Positions 50,769 to 60,522 of a stretch of DNA of 64,000 nucleotides are shown piece by piece. Every line of letters begins with the position of its first letter. Position 1 is the first letter of the stretch. The stretch covers positions 7,778 to 71,777 of the forward strand of contig JADMKE010000008.1 of the NCBI GenBank assembly GCA_018780035.1. Direction: 5' to 3'. Position numbers and translations under genes: made by a program. The notes under the pieces are model-generated. The model did no database searches. It was not told the origin of the DNA and saw only the letters and a program-made list of their open reading frames with translations. The DNA is from Candidatus Sericytochromatia bacterium. GTDB lineage: Bacteria; Cyanobacteriota; Sericytochromatia; UBA7694.

Positions 50769-52274
50769 TTAATGCAGTCGCATCTGAAAGATGGGCGAAG
50801 CGGGTCGTTCGTTACCATGAAAATCATTCGGCTTGAACGTTATATAAACATCGCCATCTGCGTCCACATCCATATCGTTAATCATAAACAACGGCAAACC
50901 CTCTGGCATTAGATCTTTCAAGATATAACGAACCACTTTTAACTCTTGCGTTTTTAAGTTGATGGCAAATAAATAATTGCCCAATAAATAGAGTATTCCC
51001 CGCGACGGATCAATTGCAAAGGCTTCAAAATAGGGCTTTACAGGAGCACACACTTTATTCTCAGGGCAATTAGAGGGTGGGGGCAATAATCCCGGCAGTT
51101 CTTCTAGAATATGTTGGGCAGGCAGTAACCCACCTGAAATAGGTGTTCTCTTCGCTGGCTCGATCAACAAACTGTCCTTTTGAAGGCTGATCAAGGTGGT
51201 GAGCTTTCCGTCGGGGGATATTCGGCGTAAATAGGTCTCATAGATAAAAGGTTCCGAAAAATAGATATTGCCAGCACTGTCCACTTGCAATTTCTCAGGG
51301 TTCCAATAGCTTGCCTCACTTTTGAGGCCATCACGCAAAACGGGGACAGACTGTGGCTGTATCCCCTCTCCAGCGAAATCAATCGAATGACTTTTAGGCC
51401 TTCCATATGGATCAAAATCCCATTTGTATTGCACCCAATTTGTTGTTTGTGGAGTTTCTAAGAAACTTCCTGGAATACAAACGCCCATACCTATAGGGCA
51501 TTTCACAGGAAGCCCCACGGAGTCTGATCCTTCAAGTGTTTTCATTATTCCCCCCAAAGGCCCACTCTCAAAGACCGTTTCGACAGCTTTGTTACGAATG
51601 CGTTTGAACTTTTTATTATCAATCAGATAAATATCCCCATTCGGTGCCACAGTCAGGGCTGTGATCTCAGTAAAACCGGGAGAAATCAGGCTCTCGGCAC
51701 TCACCCGCAATTCATTGCTGGCGGGGCAATCTCCGGCTACCAGGGTCAAGATTCGCGGATACTTTTGAGGGTCTGTGCTGCCTTTGACAATACATTTCCC
51801 ATTGTGGGCATAGACCTCGCCTCCGTAATAACTCAAATCCCGGTTGGCTGGGCTGTAATTCAGGCCCAGAATATGGCCTGTGATCGGCGCGGGTATATTC
51901 TTTAAACCTACCAAACTCTGTGTTTGCTCTAAAAAATACACCGAAGCAGGGCTCTTCTCATTCACCGCAATTTGATTTGCATAACGTTGAAGCCCTGGTA
52001 CCACACCTTCAATGCCATCAGGAAAGAGTGGCTCAACCTTTTTGACCTGCAAAGTGGCGAAGGCATCCTCATTGGGTACAGGCGTAGGGCTGGGCAATGC
52101 AGAGGGGTGTTCTGTGGGTGTGGCAGATGGCTGTGGTGAAGGTCGCAGCGTCTCAGCGACTGAAGGCGACACCGATGGAGCGGGTATGCTCGCTCCCTGG
52201 AGCCCTTGGCAGGACACCAGACTCCAGACAGCTACCAGATAAGCGGCGGCAGGCATGTAACTGAATGTTCGCAT
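50769..52274 (-). CDS. NHL/beta-propeller-like lipoprotein
   Basis: Lipobox LVSC and blade motifs VAPNGDIY, VDSAGNIYF, VDADGDVY. Confidence 0.65.
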   Translation of the reverse strand: MRTFSYMPAAAYLVAVWSLVSCQGLQGASIPAPSVSPSVAETLRPSPQPSATPTEHPSALPSPTPVPNEDAFATLQVKKVEPLFPDGIEGVVPGLQRYANQIAVNEKSPASVYFLEQTQSLVGLKNIPAPITGHILGLNYSPANRDLSYYGGEVYAHNGKCIVKGSTDPQKYPRILTLVAGDCPASNELRVSAESLISPGFTEITALTVAPNGDIYLIDNKKFKRIRNKAVETVFESGPLGGIMKTLEGSDSVGLPVKCPIGMGVCIPGSFLETPQTTNWVQYKWDFDPYGRPKSHSIDFAGEGIQPQSVPVLRDGLKSEASYWNPEKLQVDSAGNIYFSEPFIYETYLRRISPDGKLTTLISLQKDSLLIEPAKRTPISGGLLPAQHILEELPGLLPPPSNCPENKVCAPVKPYFEAFAIDPSRGILYLLGNYLFAINLKTQELKVVRYILKDLMPEGLPLFMINDMDVDADGDVYITFKPNDFHGNERPASPIFQMRLH

Positions 52275-52276
52275 GG

Positions 52277-55200
52277 CTAATACCCCGCTGGGTAGTGCCG
52301 GTATTGGTGGGCCGTATAGTCTTGAATATATGGATTACTGGAGCCCTCTTGATTCTCTTCTGCTCCCCAGACACCCCGCTGGCCTTGGATATTGCGATAG
52401 ACCAGATTGATGCCCTTGTAGACCTCTATGCCTACGTTATAAGGGCCCGTGGGGTTCTCAAGGTAGAAGCCAATATAACGCGGATTCCAGCATTCAAAGT
52501 TGGGGTCATAAATACCACAACTTGAAAACGGATCAAACGGCTGAATCGGCAATTGCTTGCTTATTTCTTGGCTATTGATCGGGGGGCCTACCCGAAACAC
52601 ACCATCTGGCCACTGAATATCATTGGTGTCGTTATAGGTTTGAATTGTCAGACTTTCATCGGGATTGAGATTAAACACCTTCATCCAGAATGGGCCTGTA
52701 CCCACAGGCGAAAATTTACTATTGGTAATCATACGTTCATTATAAACGACTCCTTGGCGCTGATCTTCGGAACCATCAGGCAAAACCTTGTTTTGAAGCC
52801 CTGGAGAGCCTTGAATGTCCCGATAGGCTGCGGTTCCATTGTATTGAGCCCGGAGTTCAAAGCCATAGGTATAGCCGCCCCCATTATTGACAAGCTCAAA
52901 ACGAAACTCATTGCGCTGATCTTTGAGCAGAGGATAGCTGCCGTATTCTCCCAAATAGGCATAATTGTCTTCGCCAGCATGAGCCGTGAGAATAAGCTGA
53001 TCATTGAGGTAGACACGCCCTTCATCATTGCCCTCAATATTAAAGACACGCACACTTTCATACTCACCGGGATTGCCACTGGGCGGAGCGGTAGGTTCAG
53101 GTGTAGGTGGAATGGCTTGAGAGACTTTTTCAACCGCCTGTTCCAGCGTCAGCGTCTGCCCTGAAGCCTTGATCACGACATCGTGTACGCCCGCTGGCAA
53201 ATTGTCGGGAATACCCATGACAGCCAAATCATTGAGAATACTGGTGATGGGCACCAAAACGGGACCGATTTTAACTTCCAGATCGCGGATCGGTTGGCTA
53301 AAACGAATGCCTGCAAATTCATTGGCATCGACCTGAATGCGGAATCCTGGGCGCATCCAGCGGTTGCCCACTTGGTCATAGAGATAGTTATTTTGTGGCA
53401 ATTCTGCAGCAGACGGCACCTCAGATTTGATTTGGAAACCGCCCCCGGTTCCTCCTCCTGATGAATTGCTTTCTTTGATCGACAAAACCTCGATATTTTT
53501 TTCGGGTTCATCAGAGGGCTGGTAACTCCAACCGGTCACTTCTACATTTTTGTTTTCAAAGTCAGAGAAGGGTGCGAATTGCCCCCCCAGATTAAGCCCA
53601 TAGGTATTCCAGAAAGCAGCGTAACTTTCTTGGTGCAAGAGCAACGAAGCCTGTTGAAAAATAGCCGGATCAATACTGGAAGTAGAATCACCATCAAAAG
53701 TTGTCTGTTCCAGATACATCGACAAATCATAATTGCCTGCTGAAGTTTCCAGATAAGGCCGACCATTGCTGTGTTTGCGCAAAGTGCCTGTTCCTATTTC
53801 GAGCAAACGCCCTTGATGCAAAGCAGGGTTTCCCGCAATGGTGGATTCCAAATCCAACACATTTAAACTCAAACTTTGAGGCGGGAGTCGCAGGCCTTTG
53901 CGATTGGTGCCATTTATAACAAAATCTTTGAGCAAAGAGTCAGAGATCTGAATGGTTTTGTAGCGCAGCCAATTGCCTGTTTTTAAATCTTGAATACTTA
54001 AATCTGGCTTGAGCGATTTAAGCAAGGCCAATGCTCCCGCCGTAAAAGGCGTGGCGGCACTGGTACCCCCCCAGTCTGGGCTGACGCCATATTCAAAACC
54101 CTGTGAGCTATTTCTAAACGTGCCAAGGGCAAACATCTTGTCTCCAGGTGCCCAGACTTTGACCACCTGATTGCCATAAGTACTTTCATACTGTTGGATA
54201 TCTGAGTTGGGGGAATTGCTGTTTCCAATCCACCAACAACTAGCTTTGGTCTCATCTGAATCAATATTTTTTATAAATGCACCAATTGGATCTGTCGTAG
54301 AGAATAAAAACCTTTCAGCAACTGCTTCTGGTGAAACATATAAAGCACGTTTAAAAGAGGCTGAATTTTGCATCAAAGCCCCTGCTATCACAATATTTTT
54401 GAGTTTTCCTGCAGGGAGTGTCGTTCGCACATGGTTGCCTGCATTTCCAGCATTAAAGACGGAGATCAGGCGATTCGAAGAGGTGCTGTTATTTCTGGGC
54501 TGGGCAGCCAAATCGATTTGGTATTGCAAAGCCCCCAACCAACCAAAGGGCATGTCTGTTGTAAACTGTTGAACATTTTGCAGCCAATTCTCAGGCCCAT
54601 TGCCCACCATAGAATGCGTAATACTGACAATATCTGCCCTTAAGCGCCCAGCCGCTTCGACTGCCAAACGTAAATCCCAGCCTGTCACAATTTCAAAGGC
54701 ATTAAATTCCGCCGGATCAGGTGTCTCTTTTTTTGAAAAAGTGGAGCCTATTTTGATGGGAATAATTTTTGCATGGGGTGCCACACCCACAATCCCCTTG
54801 CGGTTATTGATGCGAGAAGCAATGGTTGAGGCTTGACTGGTACCGTGATCCGTCTTGCCTTGACCTACAAAAAAATCTGGTTCCAAATAGTGTTCACTTG
54901 GATTGGGAGTTTGCGAAAAGGCAATTCTATAACCTGCTTGGGACTGATTTTCTGGAAAGGCGTTAAAATGCACCTTTGCTGCCCGTGTATACAAAACCTG
55001 GCTATCCAAATCCCCTTGGGCCGACATCGCTTGGTTCAAATTTTGAAAATCGGAATCTACAACCGCCACGCGCACAGGCTTGTTGGTTTGGCGATCATAA
55101 CCCAAGGTATAGTCCCAGGCTTTGAGCACCCCGGTCTGGGTCAGCCACCAACTGTCTTCAGCATCAGCAGACTGGCCATTGGCGGCAAAGCCCTCCGAAG

Positions 55201-56359
55201 AGGAGGGTACATTGCTGTTGAGAATGGGGTTAATATCCATGCTCTGCAATTGATTGCCCTGTCGCACTTCCAACAAAAGCTCCACCATCAGAGCAAACAT
55301 CTGGGCCCCTTCAAGGCTGTCAAATGCCAAATCTTGAATGGCCAGAGAGCCGTCTACAAGTTGGTTAAGTTGCTGGATATGGGCAGGCAAAGCATTCAGA
55401 TTGGCCTGACTCAAATCTAATTTGACCAAAAATTCATCGGCACTGATTTCCCCTGTCACGTAGCCCTTGTATTTTTGCAAAAGGGCATTGAGATTGGCTT
55501 GAACAGGTGCCTTTATCTTCAATTGAAATTCACCCCCACTGTAAGTGGCGGGCACACCACCATTTAAAGCAAAAGTAGGCAAAGAACGGCCATCTGCGCT
55601 TTTGGGTATTTGGGAATAGGGAACCAAACCGCCCAAACTGGTGGGATCATTGGGGTCAAAAATATTGGTGTCATTCCTGCGCACATGGGTGGCCTGGGTT
55701 TCTCCCGGTTTACGCAAAGCCCCCCGACGGCGCAAAACAGTGTCTGCTTGGCCCCCTTCTACGAGGGTAATCCTCACCGCGCTGCCTTGTTTCCCTTTTA
55801 AACGTACCCGAAGTGAGTTCTGGGCATTTAAGAGCAAACTCTCCTGCTGAAACTCCTGGGATTGTCCTTTAAAATCCCCTTCCTTGACCCAATTTGTGCC
55901 ATTGATATTCACGACAACCTGGGCATCTGAACGGGGATCTCCCCATTTTTGTACATGTAAGGTATAGCGTTTTTGGGTATCGCTAACCCGAATTTCACGC
56001 AGCACTTCAAATTCTTGACGTCCCTTGGTAAAGGTTTCACTAAAAACCACAGGCCCATTGGGAAGTGCTTGAATCGAAAAAGTCTGTTCTGAGGGCTGCT
56101 CAAAAACCTGCGTTTTGTGGGGCACTGTTTTTTTAAAGCCGTAACTGGCCAAAGACGGGCTCAGCAAAGCGTTATCAAAACGCATTGACACAGGGCCTGT
56201 ATAAGCTGGGGTTTTTTGAACATGACTCTGCTCTGTAAAGGGCTGATTTTTAGTTGCACCGGTATTCAAGGGGCCCGGAGCACAAGCCGTCAGTGCCAGC
56301 ATCAATACCAAACCAATTGAAGAAAATGTCTCTAATTTGAATATATTTTGAATCATCAT
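52277..56359 (-). CDS. Large S8 (subtilase) serine peptidase lipoprotein
   Basis: Lipobox LTAC, catalytic VAVVDSD, HGT, AGN and GGTSAATP. Start placed after AGGAG. Confidence 0.88.
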   Translation of the reverse strand: MMIQNIFKLETFSSIGLVLMLALTACAPGPLNTGATKNQPFTEQSHVQKTPAYTGPVSMRFDNALLSPSLASYGFKKTVPHKTQVFEQPSEQTFSIQALPNGPVVFSETFTKGRQEFEVLREIRVSDTQKRYTLHVQKWGDPRSDAQVVVNINGTNWVKEGDFKGQSQEFQQESLLLNAQNSLRVRLKGKQGSAVRITLVEGGQADTVLRRRGALRKPGETQATHVRRNDTNIFDPNDPTSLGGLVPYSQIPKSADGRSLPTFALNGGVPATYSGGEFQLKIKAPVQANLNALLQKYKGYVTGEISADEFLVKLDLSQANLNALPAHIQQLNQLVDGSLAIQDLAFDSLEGAQMFALMVELLLEVRQGNQLQSMDINPILNSNVPSSSEGFAANGQSADAEDSWWLTQTGVLKAWDYTLGYDRQTNKPVRVAVVDSDFQNLNQAMSAQGDLDSQVLYTRAAKVHFNAFPENQSQAGYRIAFSQTPNPSEHYLEPDFFVGQGKTDHGTSQASTIASRINNRKGIVGVAPHAKIIPIKIGSTFSKKETPDPAEFNAFEIVTGWDLRLAVEAAGRLRADIVSITHSMVGNGPENWLQNVQQFTTDMPFGWLGALQYQIDLAAQPRNNSTSSNRLISVFNAGNAGNHVRTTLPAGKLKNIVIAGALMQNSASFKRALYVSPEAVAERFLFSTTDPIGAFIKNIDSDETKASCWWIGNSNSPNSDIQQYESTYGNQVVKVWAPGDKMFALGTFRNSSQGFEYGVSPDWGGTSAATPFTAGALALLKSLKPDLSIQDLKTGNWLRYKTIQISDSLLKDFVINGTNRKGLRLPPQSLSLNVLDLESTIAGNPALHQGRLLEIGTGTLRKHSNGRPYLETSAGNYDLSMYLEQTTFDGDSTSSIDPAIFQQASLLLHQESYAAFWNTYGLNLGGQFAPFSDFENKNVEVTGWSYQPSDEPEKNIEVLSIKESNSSGGGTGGGFQIKSEVPSAAELPQNNYLYDQVGNRWMRPGFRIQVDANEFAGIRFSQPIRDLEVKIGPVLVPITSILNDLAVMGIPDNLPAGVHDVVIKASGQTLTLEQAVEKVSQAIPPTPEPTAPPSGNPGEYESVRVFNIEGNDEGRVYLNDQLILTAHAGEDNYAYLGEYGSYPLLKDQRNEFRFELVNNGGGYTYGFELRAQYNGTAAYRDIQGSPGLQNKVLPDGSEDQRQGVVYNERMITNSKFSPVGTGPFWMKVFNLNPDESLTIQTYNDTNDIQWPDGVFRVGPPINSQEISKQLPIQPFDPFSSCGIYDPNFECWNPRYIGFYLENPTGPYNVGIEVYKGINLVYRNIQGQRGVWGAEENQEGSSNPYIQDYTAHQYRHYPAGY

Positions 56360-56369
56360 CAAAAACTCC

Positions 56370-57323
56370 TTAAAACGCTTTAAACGCCACACCAAAAGGA
56401 GTGACATAAACAAGATTATGGTGGGGATTTAAGTCAAAGCTATTGGGATCGGGGATATGTACAACCGTCTCTGCTGAGCCATCAGCAGTCACCTCAGTCT
56501 GATACCCAAAGCCAAACTCCCCATCAATGGTGGCATAGCTAAACTTGGGAAAAACCAGAAACCCCCGCCCCGTGAGTTTGATATGCAATGGCTTCCCGCG
56601 TTCACGTAAAACTTCTACACTCTCTATTCTGGGTTGCAAGGCACTGACCTCCACAGGAGCAGGTTCCCCGACCTTCAGCAAAGCATCGGTATACCAGCGA
56701 TCAAGCTCTATACTCAGCCGGTGATTGCCCTTTAAATAAAGATCTGGCAAAAGCTGGGTATTCAACCGAACTTTAATTTCAGTCTTCGTAACACTTTCGA
56801 CCTGTAATAAAATGCTGTCATCCAACAAAACTCTGGCCTGTGGCTCTTTACCAATAAAGCTTTGTTGAACCAGCGGCGTTTCAAACTGAAACAGAAAATC
56901 TTTTAACTTGAATTCTTTGTCATTGCGTTTTTCAAACTGACCCTTGATCGTTAAACCAATTTCAGTCCCTGCATAGTCAGGGCGCAAACCAATAAGGGCA
57001 CTTGGCCCCATGATACTTTCACCTGTTGATGTCAAAACAATATCTGTAATTAAAAGTTCGGGCGTTCGTTCACACCGAGAACGGGGCTTAAAGTCCTTCC
57101 AATCCCGATCTGACAGTTTGGGAGGCTTTCTGTTTTCATTGTGGCCTTTATCATGGCCTTTATCTTTGTCATTTTTAGAGCCTTCCTTGGCGGACAGTAC
57201 TAAAAAATCCTGCAGCGTACCCACACTTGGGCTCAATGATTGAGAGACAGGAAGTGACGGGGCGTGACACGCATTTAAACTGAGTAATACAGTAAAAGTC
57301 AGGGCAAGAGGCAAAAACTTCAT
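56370..57323 (-). CDS. Hypothetical lipoprotein (IPT/Ig-like regions)
   Basis: Lipobox LNAC, GGAGG RBS, first gene of the S8 cluster. Confidence 0.7.
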   Translation of the reverse strand: MKFLPLALTFTVLLSLNACHAPSLPVSQSLSPSVGTLQDFLVLSAKEGSKNDKDKGHDKGHNENRKPPKLSDRDWKDFKPRSRCERTPELLITDIVLTSTGESIMGPSALIGLRPDYAGTEIGLTIKGQFEKRNDKEFKLKDFLFQFETPLVQQSFIGKEPQARVLLDDSILLQVESVTKTEIKVRLNTQLLPDLYLKGNHRLSIELDRWYTDALLKVGEPAPVEVSALQPRIESVEVLRERGKPLHIKLTGRGFLVFPKFSYATIDGEFGFGYQTEVTADGSAETVVHIPDPNSFDLNPHHNLVYVTPFGVAFKAF

Positions 57324-57640
57324 ACATCCTCCGTGGAGAAAATCTTATTATGAAAAGTGATAAAACGAAGTCAGCCCAAAAAGCGACAATTATGACCCAT
57401 TCTATGGATTCGGTTATAACAAATATACAAAAGCCTGTAAATCACCCTTAGGGTTAGACGAAAATGCAATCTCTCAATCAATGCCCCTTTTTCATTAAAT
57501 TTTGATGATCTTTCTCAGCCCGTATACTCACAAGGTTTACCCCCTAAATCTTCGCTTATTTTGAGGGCATGACGGGTTGACTTTATGCAAAATCATGCTT
57601 TAATTTAATCGAAACTTATAACGCTAGGACTTGATTTTTG

Positions 57641-58279
57641 ATGCCGCAGATCATCACGGTCATGCTTGTGGATGACGATCCAAATACCTTGGATTTTTTA
57701 GAAGCGTGGCTCACCGACCATTGCGATTTGCCCTACCGCTTTCAAATTTTAGGAAAAGCCCGATCAGGAAACGAAGCAATTAAACAGCTACAAAATGTTC
57801 AGCCGGATCTCATGATCCTGGATTTGAATATGCCAGAGACCTCAGGGATGATCGTCGCTCGTTTTGCGAAAACGCTCTCTCCAACTCCCCGGATTCTTTT
57901 GTATAGCGGATATGATGATTTGTTAGAGTGGCAAGATACCGCTCATGAACATATCCGAGGCTATGTGATTAAAAACAGCCCCATTGAAAAACTTGAAATG
58001 GCCGTTGAAAAAATTCTAGCAGGGGATATCTTTTGGGACCCGCTTGTCTATTACCATATGCATCAAAAATCCCGAGTGGCACGCAAGCCGCTGGTGTGGA
58101 ATGAAGATCTGACCGAAAGAGAGCAAGAAATTTTCACTTTGTTTTGCAATGGCCATAAACAAACGCAAATGGCCAAGGAACTCGATTTGAGTACCAACAC
58201 GATCAAAACCCATCTCAGAAATATCTGTCAAAAAGCAAATTGTGCGGATCTCGAGCAACTGAGGCAGATTCTTTTTTAA
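57641..58279 (+). CDS. NarL/LuxR-family response regulator
   Basis: Receiver domain (LVDDD, ILDLNMP) plus LTEREQEI...STNTIKTHLRNI HTH. Confidence 0.93.
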   Translation: MPQIITVMLVDDDPNTLDFLEAWLTDHCDLPYRFQILGKARSGNEAIKQLQNVQPDLMILDLNMPETSGMIVARFAKTLSPTPRILLYSGYDDLLEWQDTAHEHIRGYVIKNSPIEKLEMAVEKILAGDIFWDPLVYYHMHQKSRVARKPLVWNEDLTEREQEIFTLFCNGHKQTQMAKELDLSTNTIKTHLRNICQKANCADLEQLRQILF

Positions 58280-58380
58280 GCTCACACCCAACACCATAAA
58301 CCCAGAACCCGCAACCGCCATCATCCCTCTCCGTCCCTGCTGCTATAATACAAAGAACTCTTTTTCTGGCAGGGGCTTTC

Positions 58381-60522
58381 ATGCGCATTGCTTTTCTCTC
58401 CCGCATCTCTCGGGCCTTTAATGGTGATACGGTTGTGCGAGAACCACTCGGCGGCACCCAAAGTGCCCTGGTCTATTTGGCCCGCGAATTGCAGGCCCTC
58501 GGCCACGAGGTACACGTCTTTTGCAATTGCAAAGAGCAGGCAGGGGTCTTTGCGGGAGTCACTTACCACAACCTGCCCGAGTTGGCGCGCTTTGCCCGCC
58601 AGAACCCGCTTGATTTTTTTATTTCCTGTGCCGACGAAAGCGCGCTTAAACTGGGAATCCCGAGCAAATATTCACTCTGGTGGTCCCACAACGACTATTG
58701 TTTTCTCTGGGATGAAATGCCCGATTTACGCGCCAAAACGTCTGAGATTCTGGCCACCAAAGCAGATAAACTGGTGGCCGTCAGCCGCTGGCATGCACAA
58801 AAACTGTCAGACGTGTTGAATATCCCGCTGGAACACTTTTTTATCACCGGCAATGCCGTCAACGCCGCCTATTTTGAGCTGGATCCCGAGTCTGGACCTC
58901 AGCCCGCCACCCCGCCACGCCTGCTCTATACCAGCGTGCCCGATCGCGGATTGGACCTGCTGCTGGAGCTGTTTCCCCAAATCCAGGCCCAGGTGCCCGA
59001 GGTGGAATTGCACCTCTATTCCAGTTTTACAGTCTGGGGCAAAAGCGCGGAGTTTAATGCCGCCCAAGCCGGCCCGCTCTATGAAAAAGCACGGGCCTTG
59101 CCGGGGGTGTTTTTGCACGATCCGCTGCCCCACCCCCAATTGGCCCAGGCCCTGCTCCAAGGCAGCCTGATGACCTATCCCAACCATGCCGCCGAGCCGA
59201 TGGATTTAACGGGTTTTTGGGCCGAAACTTCGTGTATTGCCGCAATCGAAGCCCAGGCCGCAGGTCTGCCTGTGATCACCAGCGCACGGGGCGCTTTGCC
59301 CGAAACCGTATTGCAAGGCCAAACCGGCATTTTAATTGAAGGAGAGCCCTTCAGTGAGGCCTATCGCGAGGCCTTTGTCGGCGCTGTGGTGGAGCTGCTC
59401 AAAGACCGTGGCAAACGCCAGGCTCTGGGCCAAGCGGCCCGTGAACGCATCTTGACTGAATACACCTGGCAGCAGCGGGCCTTGGAATGGCACCAATTCT
59501 TGACAGAGTTCAGCAGCAGCCGCATGGCCGAATCGCCGCTCAAAACACCCTTTGTGACCCCTGAAATTTCGGTGATTATTCCAACGTATAACCGCGCCCG
59601 CAACCTCAAAAACTGCCTGGAATCCTTGACTTGGCAAAGCTTCAAGGCCTTTGAGGTGATTATCTGCGACGACGGCTCATCCGACAATACCCGCGAAGTG
59701 GCTGAAAGTTATAAAGACCGGTTGAATCTGAGCTATCGCTGGCAAGCAGATTTGGGCTTTCGCGCCGCAGAGGCCCGCAATTTGGGTATGCGCCGGGCCC
59801 GTGGCAAGCTGGTGGTGTTTTTGGACAGCGACTTGGTGGTGCCCGACAGCTTTTTAGCCACCCATTGGCAGGCCCACCAGCAGCACAAAAATGTCGCGAT
59901 CAACAGCTATGTGATGCGCATGTTGGAGCCCCTTGACGATGATTTGGGCCTGCCCCCGCAGGAGTTTATTCCCAAACACCGCGACAATCTCAAACCAGAT
60001 AACCGCGACCGCTACAGCTTGTTTGAACGCCAGGAACCCGTCGAAGAGACCTATTACCTCGACAGCAATGCCCTTTCGATCTGGCGCGAAGACCTGGAAA
60101 AAGTCGGCAATTTTGATGAGGGCTTTATTGGCTGGGGCCACGAAGACACGGAATTGGGCTACCGCATTGCCCAATACGGCATGAAAATGCTGTTTATTAA
60201 AGCGGGCACAGAGGCCTATCACCAGCACCACGCGTTCTCCGAGGCCAAAGAAGAGGAACGGGCAGTCAATTGGAAGCGCCTGACCCAAAAACACGGCATC
60301 ACCAAGTGGTACCACCCGCTTTGGGAATTGCCGATCGAAGGCGCCGTGCAAATTGCCTTGAGCGGAGAGGGCCCGCCGATGCCCCTGAGCATTCCCGTCT
60401 GGAGCGACGCGGGCTGGATTCTCAAACCCGGCCAAAATGTGCCCTTGGCGGGTCTGCACTATTTACTCAGGGTCGAAAATGGCATTTTAAACGCGATTGA
60501 ACCTTTTTGGTCGCAGGCATGA
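58381..60522 (+). CDS. Fused GT4 + GT2 glycosyltransferase
   Basis: GT4 motif ETSCIAAIEAQAAGLPVI, then GT2 motifs SVIIPTYNR, DDGSSD, FLDSD and WGHEDTE. Confidence 0.9.
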   Translation: MRIAFLSRISRAFNGDTVVREPLGGTQSALVYLARELQALGHEVHVFCNCKEQAGVFAGVTYHNLPELARFARQNPLDFFISCADESALKLGIPSKYSLWWSHNDYCFLWDEMPDLRAKTSEILATKADKLVAVSRWHAQKLSDVLNIPLEHFFITGNAVNAAYFELDPESGPQPATPPRLLYTSVPDRGLDLLLELFPQIQAQVPEVELHLYSSFTVWGKSAEFNAAQAGPLYEKARALPGVFLHDPLPHPQLAQALLQGSLMTYPNHAAEPMDLTGFWAETSCIAAIEAQAAGLPVITSARGALPETVLQGQTGILIEGEPFSEAYREAFVGAVVELLKDRGKRQALGQAARERILTEYTWQQRALEWHQFLTEFSSSRMAESPLKTPFVTPEISVIIPTYNRARNLKNCLESLTWQSFKAFEVIICDDGSSDNTREVAESYKDRLNLSYRWQADLGFRAAEARNLGMRRARGKLVVFLDSDLVVPDSFLATHWQAHQQHKNVAINSYVMRMLEPLDDDLGLPPQEFIPKHRDNLKPDNRDRYSLFERQEPVEETYYLDSNALSIWREDLEKVGNFDEGFIGWGHEDTELGYRIAQYGMKMLFIKAGTEAYHQHHAFSEAKEEERAVNWKRLTQKHGITKWYHPLWELPIEGAVQIALSGEGPPMPLSIPVWSDAGWILKPGQNVPLAGLHYLLRVENGILNAIEPFWSQA

